Below are positions 19,177-27,765 of a stretch of 41,650 bases of DNA, piece after piece. Origin of the DNA: a virus (taxonomy: Duplodnaviria > Caudoviricetes); IMG/VR virus record IMGVR_UViG_3300017747_002967, positions 1-41,650 of that record; one strand, 5' to 3'. The notes beneath the pieces were generated by a model. It worked only from the letters and a program-made list of their open reading frames with translations, did no database searches and was not told where the DNA came from. Position numbers and translations under genes: made by a program. Each line of letters begins with the position of its first letter. Position 1 is the stretch's first letter.

Positions 19177-19655
19177 TGGCGACAAAGGTCGATGGCAGAC
19201 CAACGAAGATCGACGTGTGGGCAAACCCGTTGCTTGACGGCGAAGCGATACGGGTCGAAGGGTTCCCCTCGACGTACTTCGCAGGCGCGACCGTCACAGC
19301 GGTCGTGTCCGACCTCGCAGGTGTCGCGGCCGGGGCGGCGTGGACGGTCGACGTGGACGACACGATCGTCACCCTGACGCTCCCGCAGGCGTCCGTCGCA
19401 GCGATCGGCGAAGGGACCTTCACATGGACGGTTGTCGTGTCGACATCGGCCGGCGCGAAACCTCCGCTGATCGGCGGTGCGCTGTACATCCACAAGGGCC
19501 ACAAGCCGACGTGGCGTAGTTCGGCGTCGGGCGCCGTGTGCTTCGAGGGTTACGACCTGACGATCACCCAAATATTGGCGAACGCAGTCGACGTGATCGA
19601 CGGCGGCACCCCCGATGTGGAACCCGACCAAACACTCGATGGGGGCACCCCGTGA
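19176..19655 (+). CDS. virion protein, Ig/BppU-like with C-terminal DGGTP motifs
   Basis: Beta-rich sequence ending IDGGTP..LDGGTP. Confidence 0.6.
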   Translation: MATKVDGRPTKIDVWANPLLDGEAIRVEGFPSTYFAGATVTAVVSDLAGVAAGAAWTVDVDDTIVTLTLPQASVAAIGEGTFTWTVVVSTSAGAKPPLIGGALYIHKGHKPTWRSSASGAVCFEGYDLTITQILANAVDVIDGGTPDVEPDQTLDGGTP

Positions 19656-19768
19656 TCCGGATCCTGATCGTTCAGACACTTACCGAATCGGACGTGGTCG
19701 ACGGCGGCGTACCCGCCGGGGTCGGCGAAGGCATCGGTTCAGGCATCGTCGATGGAGGCACCCCGTGA
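19652..19768 (+). CDS. 38-aa DGG-motif peptide
   Basis: GTGA overlaps at both ends; VDGGVP..VDGGTP. Confidence 0.5.
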   Translation: MIRILIVQTLTESDVVDGGVPAGVGEGIGSGIVDGGTP

Positions 19769-20385
19769 CCGCACGCATCCTTGTCCGTGGCGGCACCGCA
19801 GCCGAGTGGACTTCCGCTAACCCGATCCTCGCTGCGCGTGAGCTCGGAGCGGAACGCGACACCGGGAAACTGAAAGTCGGCGACGGCGTCACTGCATGGA
19901 CGTCGCTCGCCTACTCCACCCCGACGTACACGGCGTTCACCGCGTCGCTGCTGGACGACACCACCGCAGCGGCGGCACGCACCACGCTCGGCCTCAGCAC
20001 ACTTGCCACAGCGACAACGCTCCCTGCGGAACTGTGCATAGCGGTCGGCGACGAAACGACTGCGATCACCGTCGGGACAGCGAAGGTCACGTTCCGGATG
20101 CCGTTCGCCATGACGGTCACCGCAGTACGGGCGTCGCTAACGACCGCTTCGTCGTCAGGTACCCCAACGGTTGACATCAACGAAGGCGCCGGCGCAGGTA
20201 CGTCGATCCTGTCGACGAAACTCACGATCGACGCGACCGAACTCACATCGACGACAGCGGCGACCGCCGCCGTGATCTCCGACGCGTCCCTCGCAGATGA
20301 TGCGCAGATCACGATCGACGTGGACGTCGCCGGCACGAACGCCGCCGGGTTGAAGGTGTGGCTGCTAGGAACACGGGCTGCCTGA
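19765..20385 (+). CDS. tail fibre adaptor 1 (Mtd_N/hyaluronidase N-terminal-like domain)
   Basis: [41 protein letters not shown]. Confidence 0.75.
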   Translation: MTARILVRGGTAAEWTSANPILAARELGAERDTGKLKVGDGVTAWTSLAYSTPTYTAFTASLLDDTTAAAARTTLGLSTLATATTLPAELCIAVGDETTAITVGTAKVTFRMPFAMTVTAVRASLTTASSSGTPTVDINEGAGAGTSILSTKLTIDATELTSTTAATAAVISDASLADDAQITIDVDVAGTNAAGLKVWLLGTRAA

Positions 20386-21650
20386 TGCCGATAATGGTCA
20401 TGCAGCCGGGGAGGTTCAGTCAGCTCCCAAACGCGAACCTGATCTCCCGGTACATAGCCGGGGTCGGGGTCACCTCGTCAGGTGGCCGGATCACACAGTG
20501 GAACGATCAGGTCGGCACGGCGCACATGACCGACAACGCGACCGGGTACGGTCCCGCAGAGTCCACGGATTGGCTCGGCAGGCCCGTTGTCCGCTACGAC
20601 GCGTCGCTGACGAACAAACCGCGAATGATGGCCGCAGGCCTATCGGGGTGGAACTCGAGGACCCGGTCGTTCGTGATCATCTCGCGCGATTCGTGGTTCA
20701 ACACGACCCACTACTACATCCGTCCCGCCGGGCTCGCCGGGGCGGCGCTGCATCTGTCCGGCACAGTGAACGAACCGCCGAACGTGCTCGTCAACGCGTC
20801 GGGTGGCACCCCGGCGATGCGTCCCGTTTCGTTGCCGCGCATCCAGATCGTCGCGTCGTCTGCGTCGTCGGTGGTCGTATCGAACGAGGAGACGTCCTCG
20901 ACGTTTACCGCGCTCCCCTCCGCGACGTACGACGGGTATCAGATCGGCGCGCAGTCCGACGGCAACTTCTCGATCTCCGGCGACATCTACGAAGTGCTTG
21001 TCTACGACACGACCACCCCCGACGTCACGGGGCTGCGAGGGTACGCGACGGGCCGGTACGGGATACCGACGAGGCGCACAAAAAATCTCGTGTTCGACGG
21101 CGACTCGATCACTCAAGGCACCGGTGTCATAACGGTCGACAACTATCCGTACCGGGTCCTCCGTGCCGGGTTCTCGTCTGATTGGCGGATGGCCGACGTA
21201 GGTCGCGGCGGGTTGAAAGTCGCGGACCTCGTCACCCACGGCGCGAAAACGGACGCGCACTACGACCCGTCGTGCACCCGGAACGTTCTCGTGTTGCTCA
21301 TCGGCCGGAACGACATCACCGACGGCACGGCAACCGCGACGATCTATTCGTCGATCGTGTCCCTGTTGCAGGCACGTGTCGCCGCCGGTTGGGAAGTGTG
21401 GGCGTGCACCCTCATCGACTCGTCGACCGCCGGCGCGTCAACAGCTATTCAGGCGCTGAACCAGATGCTGCGCGGCGTCACCGCTAACGGCGTCATAACC
21501 GACGCAGGCGTTGACCGGCTCATCGACTTCGGGGCGCAACCGAACCTGAACCCCGGTTCCGCGCCCGACCCGGCGTATTGGCAAGACGCCCTTCACCTCA
21601 ACGGCGCCGGCGCGCAGATCATGGCCGACCTCATCTACGCACAGTTCTAA
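20385..21650 (+). CDS. ConA-like domain + SGNH/GDSL esterase (receptor-binding/deacetylase)
   Basis: FDGDSIT (block I), GRGG (II), IGRND (III), DALH (V); N-terminal ITQWNDQ..GDIYEVLVY ConA-like domain. Confidence 0.82.
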   Translation: MPIMVMQPGRFSQLPNANLISRYIAGVGVTSSGGRITQWNDQVGTAHMTDNATGYGPAESTDWLGRPVVRYDASLTNKPRMMAAGLSGWNSRTRSFVIISRDSWFNTTHYYIRPAGLAGAALHLSGTVNEPPNVLVNASGGTPAMRPVSLPRIQIVASSASSVVVSNEETSSTFTALPSATYDGYQIGAQSDGNFSISGDIYEVLVYDTTTPDVTGLRGYATGRYGIPTRRTKNLVFDGDSITQGTGVITVDNYPYRVLRAGFSSDWRMADVGRGGLKVADLVTHGAKTDAHYDPSCTRNVLVLLIGRNDITDGTATATIYSSIVSLLQARVAAGWEVWACTLIDSSTAGASTAIQALNQMLRGVTANGVITDAGVDRLIDFGAQPNLNPGSAPDPAYWQDALHLNGAGAQIMADLIYAQF

Positions 21651-21662
21651 GGAAGGGACGGC

Positions 21663-22427
21663 ATGACCACAAGGATCTTGCTACGTGGCGGCACCGCCGC
21701 AGAGTGGACGTCGGAAAACCCGACGCTCCACGCACGCGAAGTGGGTGTCGAAACGGACACCGGTTACATCAAAGTCGGCGACGGTGTCACGGCGTGGACG
21801 TCGCTGTTGTACTCGACGGTCGCCGTTTCCGCGTTCATGAAAACGGTCCTCGACGACACGACCGCCGCCGCGGCGCGCACCACTCTCGGACTCGCGATCG
21901 GCACAGACGTTCAAGGGTACGACGTCGAGCTCGCTGCTTTGGCCGGGTTGACGTCCGCAGCGAACGCCGTCCCGTACTTCACCGGTTCCGGAACTGCAGC
22001 GGTTCTCACGCCCGCAGCGTCTTCGGTCGTCGGCCGCAAAGCATCCGGGGATCTCGCAGCGATGACCGGCGCCGAAACCGCTGCGGTGCTCGCCGGTGAG
22101 GTGTTCAAACAAACGCAGGAAGTCAACGCGCAAACCGGTACCACGTACACGCTTGTCGCCGGCGACGCCGGGAAACTCGTCACGTTGTCGAACGGGTCGG
22201 CGATCACGTTGACGTTGCCGCAAGACTCGGACGCGACCATCGCTATCGGCACGTACGTGGACCTGTTGCAGCTCGGCGCCGGTCAGGTCACCGTCGCCGC
22301 CGGTTCCGGGGCGACGCTCCGAACAGGCGGACTCACCGCGAAAGCCCGGGCGCAGTACTCGAGCCTCGGCGTCCAAAAGATCTCGGCGAACACTTGGCGT
22401 CTTTTTGGCGACCTAGCGACTTCGTGA
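21663..22427 (+). CDS. tail fibre adaptor 2 (Mtd_N-like domain)
   Basis: N-terminus paralogous to 19765; C-terminal [18 protein letters not shown] domain. Confidence 0.75.
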   Translation: MTTRILLRGGTAAEWTSENPTLHAREVGVETDTGYIKVGDGVTAWTSLLYSTVAVSAFMKTVLDDTTAAAARTTLGLAIGTDVQGYDVELAALAGLTSAANAVPYFTGSGTAAVLTPAASSVVGRKASGDLAAMTGAETAAVLAGEVFKQTQEVNAQTGTTYTLVAGDAGKLVTLSNGSAITLTLPQDSDATIAIGTYVDLLQLGAGQVTVAAGSGATLRTGGLTAKARAQYSSLGVQKISANTWRLFGDLATS

Positions 22428-23089
22428 TGGGCCTCGGATCGCATTGCGTCGCGTCGGTCAACTCGGGGTTCAGTCCCCTGACCCTCAGCCCATACTTTTG
22501 GTACGACCTGTCGGACGCTGCGACGGTCACGACGTCGGGCGGGTTGATCACCCAGGTGAACGACAAGTCCGGCAACGCCCGGCACCTGATCGGCTCTGGC
22601 GGCTCGCGGCCTACGTATACGGCTGCGGGGTTGAACGGGTTGAACGTCGCCACGTTCGGGTCCGGTCATCAACTCTCGGTCACGCCGGGCACGATCACCA
22701 CGCAGCCGTACATGACGTTCGCCGTCGCGCAGTTCGACAACTCGGTGACCACCCAGTGCAACCTGTTCGGTATTGGCACCTACGTCTACACGTTGACGGG
22801 GACGTGGCGGTTCTACGCCGGGTCGGAGATCAACTCGGCGGTAACCGACGACGCGTTACCGCACGTGTTCTGCACCAAAGCCGCCGGTGCGTCCTCATAC
22901 CTGCGCCTGGACGGCAACCAGATCGCAGCTGGGAACGCCGGTATCACCAACTTCGGGCAGATCATCCTCGGGTCTGCGGCGTCGTCGTGGCGGGGCATCA
23001 TCTGCGAAGTGTTGTGTTGCCCTGACCCTGGGACAGGGCCACGGGACACGTACATCGCCGCCCTGAAAGCGAAGTGGGCGACCACCTAA
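22427..23089 (+). CDS. ConA/LamG-like receptor-binding protein
   Basis: FWYDLSD..QVNDKSGNARHL..GIICEV..YIAALKAKW. Confidence 0.7.
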   Translation: MGLGSHCVASVNSGFSPLTLSPYFWYDLSDAATVTTSGGLITQVNDKSGNARHLIGSGGSRPTYTAAGLNGLNVATFGSGHQLSVTPGTITTQPYMTFAVAQFDNSVTTQCNLFGIGTYVYTLTGTWRFYAGSEINSAVTDDALPHVFCTKAAGASSYLRLDGNQIAAGNAGITNFGQIILGSAASSWRGIICEVLCCPDPGTGPRDTYIAALKAKWATT

Positions 23090-23151
23090 GTTCTCCGCTG
23101 ACCCCCCTCCAGCGGATAGCACGCACCGTCCCCCCGCGGTGTTGTGCCGTA

Positions 23152-23186
23152 ACGCCGCCCGTCCTCTAACCCGGGGCGGGCGGCGT
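23152..23186 (+). terminator. hairpin ending the late operon
   Basis: ACGCCGCCCGTCC pairs with GGGCGGGCGGCGT. Confidence 0.6.
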
Positions 23187-23228
23187 CTGCGCGTCCGGGC
23201 GCATGTTCGTTTGTTGTGAAAGGAACTT

Positions 23229-23256
23229 CTCAAGGTTCGCGCAGCGCGCGCCGATA
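23229..23256 (+). promoter_or_regulatory. FliA/WhiG (sigma28)-like promoter
   Basis: CTCAAG-N15-GCCGATA; twin with identical spacing at 25845. Confidence 0.5.
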
Positions 23257-23335
23257 GGTGCAGGACAACCGAGAAGCGGCCGGGGTTTGAGTTACGAGCT
23301 CGCCCCCCGACCTAACCGACAGTGGAGTGAGCCAC

Positions 23336-24157
23336 ATGCCGATTTCGTCCGACCATAGTCGCGCGCTGCTGCGCGACCCGAACATCCCTACGGCTGACTT
23401 TGTCGTCTGGGCCGACCCTGCGCGCCCACGCACGAAGAAGCGGATCGCCACCGCGGCCGTCGGGGCGTTCGTCCTCGGTGTCGCCACGATGGCAGACGCC
23501 GCACCGGACGCCCCCCGGCTCGCGCCGCCTGGGTGCATCTTCCACACGGTGGTGCGCGGCGACACAGTTTGGCGGATTTCAGGCCAGGCGGGCATCACGC
23601 TCGACGTGGTCGCGCGCCTTAATCCCCAGATCCAGAATCTGAACGCCATCGAGGTAAACGACCAGATCGCGACGTCGTGCCCGACCAACGAGGTGCAGCG
23701 CGCGACGCTCGCCCCCGCAGTACACGTCGTGAACGTCGACAAGTACCTCGCCGAACGAGACGCACCGAACATCGCATCGAAGCGTGCGATCCTCGCCGCC
23801 CTTTGGAAGGCCGGGGCGCGCGGCGACCAGCTCATCACGCTCGCCGCGATCACCGAAGGCGAATCCGGGCGCAAGATCACCGCCATCGGCGACGTGGAGA
23901 TCCAGACCGGTGACTGGGGCCCGTCCGTTTCGGTGTTCCAAATCCGCACGCTGAAAAGCCAGACCGGGAAGGGCACGACGCGCGACATCAACCGGGCGTC
24001 CACCCTCGAAGGCGGCGCGCGCTCGGCCGTCGAACTGTGGAACCAGTCCGTCGAACGGGGCAAGCCAGGCGGCACCCCTTGGACCGCATGGTTGAAGGCG
24101 TGGCATACCCCACACATGGCGTCGTACGCCGCTGCGGCCGCGGAGATGGGGCTATGA
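23336..24157 (+). CDS. secreted LysM + lysozyme-like (transglycosylase) protein
   Basis: Hydrophobic signal/TM; LysM HTVVRGDTVWRIS..LNPQI; AITEGESG catalytic Glu, FQIR, PWTAW. Start at 23327 or 23336. Confidence 0.82.
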   Translation: MPISSDHSRALLRDPNIPTADFVVWADPARPRTKKRIATAAVGAFVLGVATMADAAPDAPRLAPPGCIFHTVVRGDTVWRISGQAGITLDVVARLNPQIQNLNAIEVNDQIATSCPTNEVQRATLAPAVHVVNVDKYLAERDAPNIASKRAILAALWKAGARGDQLITLAAITEGESGRKITAIGDVEIQTGDWGPSVSVFQIRTLKSQTGKGTTRDINRASTLEGGARSAVELWNQSVERGKPGGTPWTAWLKAWHTPHMASYAAAAAEMGL

Positions 24158-24417
24158 GTGCGACGTTGATCGCCTTGTTCCTCATCGGCATCGCGTCGGC
24201 GGTGTCGTACATCGTCGGCAAATCCGCCGGGGTCGCCGAATGCGAGAACGAACACACCATCGCCTTGCGGTTGGCTGCGCTTGCCCGTGAAGAGGAACGC
24301 CGCCAGGACCGCGCCGAGGTGCTGTCCGAAGCGCTCGGCCTGATGGGCCAGAAGTGGGCGCACCCCTCAAACCCGCAGTTCGTCATCGACCTCACGGAAG
24401 GGGACTCCGATGCATGA
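24154..24417 (+). CDS. membrane protein
   Basis: N-terminal TM; ATGA coupling. Confidence 0.55.
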   Translation: MSATLIALFLIGIASAVSYIVGKSAGVAECENEHTIALRLAALAREEERRQDRAEVLSEALGLMGQKWAHPSNPQFVIDLTEGDSDA

Positions 24418-24625
24418 GTGGGAGCGTGGAGATAGCCGGCGGCTCGAGCCGGTTGACCCTTCCGTGGCGCGCGACCGGGCTGAGCGGCTGTTCGAGCTCG
24501 ACCGACGCGGCCACCTTGTGTGGGCGACAGCGTGGATGTGCCCGCAGTACCGGTGCCCGAACTTCGGACGCGGCCTAACGCCCGGTATGTGCCCGGACCA
24601 TAACCTGAGGATGGTGCCGCGATGA
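24410..24625 (+). CDS. hypothetical Cys-containing protein
   Basis: RBS; coupled ORF. Confidence 0.5.
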   Translation: MHEWERGDSRRLEPVDPSVARDRAERLFELDRRGHLVWATAWMCPQYRCPNFGRGLTPGMCPDHNLRMVPR

Positions 24626-24861
24626 GTCGCGAGGACGACATCGCCAGGGCTCGCGCCGAGTACAAGGCTCGCCGCTACGGCCCCGACTGGTGCTGCCCGT
24701 ACGACTCGTGCGAGCGGATCGTGGAGGACATGGCGCACCCTGCGCCGCGGTGCCGGGATCATGGCGTGCCGATGTTGGAGATCAAACCGCCGACGAAGCG
24801 GGTGCTGATGAAGCACACGTTGTGGCCCGCGTTGACGTTCTACGCAGAGGTGCCGAAATGA
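24622..24861 (+). CDS. hypothetical Zn-ribbon-like protein
   Basis: WCCPYDSC..CRDH; ATGA coupling. Confidence 0.5.
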   Translation: MSREDDIARARAEYKARRYGPDWCCPYDSCERIVEDMAHPAPRCRDHGVPMLEIKPPTKRVLMKHTLWPALTFYAEVPK

Positions 24862-24928
24862 CGGCGTTCTGGGGTTTCGTCCTCGGCTGGTGTGCGTCGT
24901 CGTGGTTTTGGATGGGCTGGGTGAAGCG

Positions 24929-25246
24929 ATGACCCGGCTACTGACGTGGCTCAAACGCCTGCTGATCGCCGCCGCTGTTGTGCTGATCGGGTTCGTTGCG
25001 CTTGCGCCGAACAAGGACACGTACACCAGCAACGCCGACGCCCCGATGGTGACCCGGACGTTGGTGCCGCGGGAAACGACCACGACGCGCGCCACCCCGA
25101 CCACCGTCGCCCGCACGAGCTCGGCTGTGTCGATCGAGAAGGTGCTCGACGAGATCGTCGTGATCGACGGCGATCGGGTGTACCGGCTGCCTCGGTCGGC
25201 GTCCGTGATGCTCGCCCTGTACCTCGCCACCGCTGGAACCCGATGA
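24929..25246 (+). CDS. membrane-anchored Thr-rich protein
   Basis: N-terminal TM and Thr-rich linker; preceded by a 24-aa hydrophobic ORF (24858-24932). Confidence 0.55.
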   Translation: MTRLLTWLKRLLIAAAVVLIGFVALAPNKDTYTSNADAPMVTRTLVPRETTTTRATPTTVARTSSAVSIEKVLDEIVVIDGDRVYRLPRSASVMLALYLATAGTR

Positions 25247-25275
25247 AAGAGGGCCGAATGAGCTGCCGAGCGAGC

Positions 25276-25297
25276 TAAAATACGAACACATATTCGG
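25276..25297 (+). promoter_or_regulatory. -10 box with adjoining LexA (SOS)-like box
   Basis: TAAAAT then ACGAAC-ACAT-ATTCGG versus the actinobacterial consensus TCGAAC-N4-GTTCGA. Confidence 0.6.
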
Positions 25298-25298
25298 T

Positions 25299-25370
25299 GA
25301 GCCGGGCGCGCTGCTAACGCCCCGGCTCTGGACAACACCTGTCTGAGAGGTGCCGTCGTGGCGCACATTA
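25299..25370 (-). ncRNA. putative cis-antisense two-hairpin RNA element (copy B)
   Basis: GAGCCGGG/CCCGGCTC stem, bulged C, loop CTGCTAA; second hairpin over RBS with AA/CC mismatches; reverse -10 TAATGT. Confidence 0.55.
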
Positions 25371-25843
25371 CCCGTTCCTATTTGACCGATGCCCAGATCG
25401 AGCGGTTCCTACGCGATGTGAGCGTGGACGAATCCGGTTGCTGGCCCTGGCTTGGGTTCCGAAACGACGAGGGCTACGGCCACACGGTGTTCAGCGACAC
25501 CACGATCAAGATGGCCCATCGGGTCAGCTACCTGATCCACTACGGCGCCCTGGATCTCGATCTGACCATCGATCATCTGTGCTTCGTGACTTCGTGCGTG
25601 AACCCGGAACATCTTGACCTCGTGACGCGCGCCGAGAACACGCGGCGGCAGTTCCAACGGATCAAAGAGGAACGGCGCCCCCTCGTTGAGCGAGCCGCCT
25701 TGGCCTACGCCAGTGGCCTCAGCATCGATGACATCACCGCCCAGATGGGCGTCCCATACTCGACCATCCGGCGTTGGCTACGCGAGGCAGGTGCAGAGAT
25801 GCGACCTCGTGGCCGCTACGCCAGAAAGAATCTTGTGAAATGA
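25358..25843 (+). CDS. HNH endonuclease with C-terminal HTH
   Basis: GCWPW, AHRVSY, IDHLC..CVNPEHL..EN; GLSIDDITAQMGVPYSTIRRWL. Confidence 0.9.
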   Translation: MAHITRSYLTDAQIERFLRDVSVDESGCWPWLGFRNDEGYGHTVFSDTTIKMAHRVSYLIHYGALDLDLTIDHLCFVTSCVNPEHLDLVTRAENTRRQFQRIKEERRPLVERAALAYASGLSIDDITAQMGVPYSTIRRWLREAGAEMRPRGRYARKNLVK

Positions 25844-25844
25844 A

Positions 25845-25872
25845 CTCAAGTAACCGGGTGATCGCGCCGACC
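25845..25872 (+). promoter_or_regulatory. FliA/WhiG (sigma28)-like promoter
   Basis: CTCAAG-N15-GCCGACC, with upstream TTGTGAAAnGAAC shared with the 23229 site. Confidence 0.45.
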
Positions 25873-25921
25873 ATGATTACATCAGGTCGGCGACCCTCGC
25901 CAACCGAACCCAAAACAAGGT

Positions 25922-25992
25922 GGGACCGGCGGCACGCCAATGCCCCGGTCCCTGACCGAAGCCCTCTGGAGGCTCCGATGTTCAAGAAGCTA
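25922..25992 (-). ncRNA. putative cis-antisense two-hairpin RNA element (copy C)
   Basis: GGGACCGG/CCGGTCCC stem, bulged C, loop CGCCAA; second hairpin over GGAGG; reverse -10 TAGCTT. Confidence 0.55.
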
Positions 25993-26622
25993 CTCACCGC
26001 AACCGTCCTCGTTCCAGCCGCAGTGCTGGTGCTCTCGACCGGCGCATCGGCCCACACGCCGAACGTGTCGCACTCCTGCACCGCCGCCGGCGCGACGTTG
26101 ACCGTTCACCTGACGCAGTACGAGCCCGGCTCCACCGTCACCGTGAACGGCGTCAAGTCTGTGTTCGGGACCGCCGACTACGACACCACCACCACCCTCG
26201 GTGACGGCACCAAGCCCGTCGAGTTCACCGTCGTGATCGACAACAAGGGCGACGGCAAGCACGACAAGTGGGACCAGACGATCATCGACACGACGGACGC
26301 CTGCGTCACGCCGCCGACGACCACCGCTCCGCCCAGCGACGACCTGACCCCGCAGACTCCGCCGAAGGTCGAGTACGTCAACCCCGCCTGGCCGATCTGC
26401 ATGGTCCCCGGGAAGCACCTGTACAACGCCCACGACCCCGAATGCGTCGACACCCCTGTGGTGATGGCCCCGCCCGCAGTCCTCGAACGTCAGCCCGCAC
26501 CGTCAACGCTCGCGTTCACCGGTGCCCAGTCGTGGCAGATGGCCCTCGCAGGCGTCCTCATCCTCGGCTCCGGGTTCGCCGCCATCCGCACCGGCAAGGC
26601 CATCAACAAGGCTAAGGCCTAG
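25978..26622 (+). CDS. secreted sortase-anchored surface protein (LAFTG)
   Basis: Sec signal ending ASA; beta domain; Pro/Thr linker; LAFTG + TM + basic tail. Confidence 0.85.
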   Translation: MFKKLLTATVLVPAAVLVLSTGASAHTPNVSHSCTAAGATLTVHLTQYEPGSTVTVNGVKSVFGTADYDTTTTLGDGTKPVEFTVVIDNKGDGKHDKWDQTIIDTTDACVTPPTTTAPPSDDLTPQTPPKVEYVNPAWPICMVPGKHLYNAHDPECVDTPVVMAPPAVLERQPAPSTLAFTGAQSWQMALAGVLILGSGFAAIRTGKAINKAKA

Positions 26623-26769
26623 CGCTCGCCCGGGCCGAGAAAGGGGGAACCCCTCATCCGTCAGTGTGGTCATGCCTGCGCAACGCCCTCGCCTCCCGAG
26701 CGGGGGCGTTGACGCGTATAGTGAGCGGACCGGTTGTGGTGACCGGCCCCTAGCGAAAGAAGGAAGCGA

Positions 26770-27126
26770 ATGGAACAAATCGGCGAAGTCGAGATCTTGC
26801 GCACGCGCGTCTATCCCCTGGACGCTGCGCTGAGAGACGAACCACACGCCACGACAGTCGTTGTGGAGCCTGGCAGTTTCCCTTTGTATCAGGACGGCAT
26901 CAGCCGGTTCTGGTTGATGAGCGGCCGGGTCAACGTCGGCCGGATGCACCGACTCGGTGACGGCATCTTCGCCTTGTCGGGAAACGACCAGCCCAGCGAT
27001 GTGGTCGTCACCTTCCCGTCGCGCGTGTTCGGTCCTGATGAGTGGGCTGAGTTCGTCGCAGAACCGGCGTGCTCGGAAGGTTCCCACGAGCAGCGTCTCC
27101 GCATCGTCGAGTTCGCTTCCCGCTAG
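26770..27126 (+). CDS. hypothetical protein
   Basis: RBS AAGGAAG; 118-aa ORF. Confidence 0.6.
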   Translation: MEQIGEVEILRTRVYPLDAALRDEPHATTVVVEPGSFPLYQDGISRFWLMSGRVNVGRMHRLGDGIFALSGNDQPSDVVVTFPSRVFGPDEWAEFVAEPACSEGSHEQRLRIVEFASR

Positions 27127-27205
27127 GGGAGTGAAGCCCCCGCCCTCACCACCCGGTCAGCCGGTTGGGCGGGGGCACCCATTACGCGACGAGAGGTGGG
27201 AACCA

Positions 27206-27571
27206 ATGGAACCTGTGCAGGTCACGTTTCAGGGGTACGAGTGGGACGGCAGCGAGGACGGCGCGCGACAGATCGCCGCGGTGTTCCCGAAGTTCTCCGA
27301 ACCCGAGTGGACGATCACGATCATGAGCCCGCGGTTACCGGAGACGTTCGAGCAGCGATGGCTCGACATCCGCATGACGCACGCGGGTAACGCCCCGTCG
27401 TTCAGGATGGAACCGGGCAGCGTTCTCGTGTTCTCGCAAACCAAGCACGAGCCGTACCCGCTGCGTGTGCTTAGCCCCGAGGATCGACGGCACCACGCCG
27501 ACCCACGGACGTGGCCGCGTGGTGACGAGGCGCCGACAGCGGCGATGCTTTCGCCGACCTGGCCTGTGTAA
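27206..27571 (+). CDS. hypothetical protein
   Basis: RBS GAGGTG; ends before the terminator. Confidence 0.55.
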   Translation: MEPVQVTFQGYEWDGSEDGARQIAAVFPKFSEPEWTITIMSPRLPETFEQRWLDIRMTHAGNAPSFRMEPGSVLVFSQTKHEPYPLRVLSPEDRRHHADPRTWPRGDEAPTAAMLSPTWPV

Positions 27572-27576
27572 CGCAC

Positions 27577-27623
27577 AAGAGCCCGCCCCTCGAATAATCG
27601 GGAGGCGGGCTCTTCGTCGTTTT
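27577..27623. terminator. terminator between convergent genes
   Basis: AAGAGCCCGCC..GGCGGGCTCTT followed by CGTCGTTTT. Confidence 0.75.
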
Positions 27624-27636
27624 CACCCTCGGTGGG

Positions 27637-27765
27637 TCATTCGGATTCGGCTACCCGCAACCAGTGCTGAGCCTCTGTGATCCCGACTGCGAGGATCAAC
27701 GCCCGGACCGCTATCCGGTAACGCTCCGCCAACCGGTTCAACTCCGCCTCGTGGCCGCAGGTCAT
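27637..27765 (-). CDS. 42-aa ORF coupled to integrase stop
   Basis: ATGA overlap; MTCGHEAELNRLAERYRIAVRALILAVGITEAQHWLRVAESE. Confidence 0.45.
   Translation of the reverse strand: MTCGHEAELNRLAERYRIAVRALILAVGITEAQHWLRVAESE

Noticed and set aside
19765-22427. Diversity-generating retroelement suggested by Mtd_N-like domains and a repeated DNA segment
   Set aside because: No reverse transcriptase in the window; the repeat is between N-terminal coding regions and differs mostly at synonymous sites, not in an adenine-specific TR/VR pattern.
23220-23335. c-di-AMP (ydaO) riboswitch expected upstream of an Rpf-like gene
   Set aside because: The conserved ydaO motifs are not recognisable.
27728-27750. 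GGTTCAACTCC resembling a tRNA T-loop/attP core downstream of integrase
   Set aside because: The T-stem does not pair fully, there is no acceptor stem, and it lies within a coupled 42-aa minus-strand ORF.
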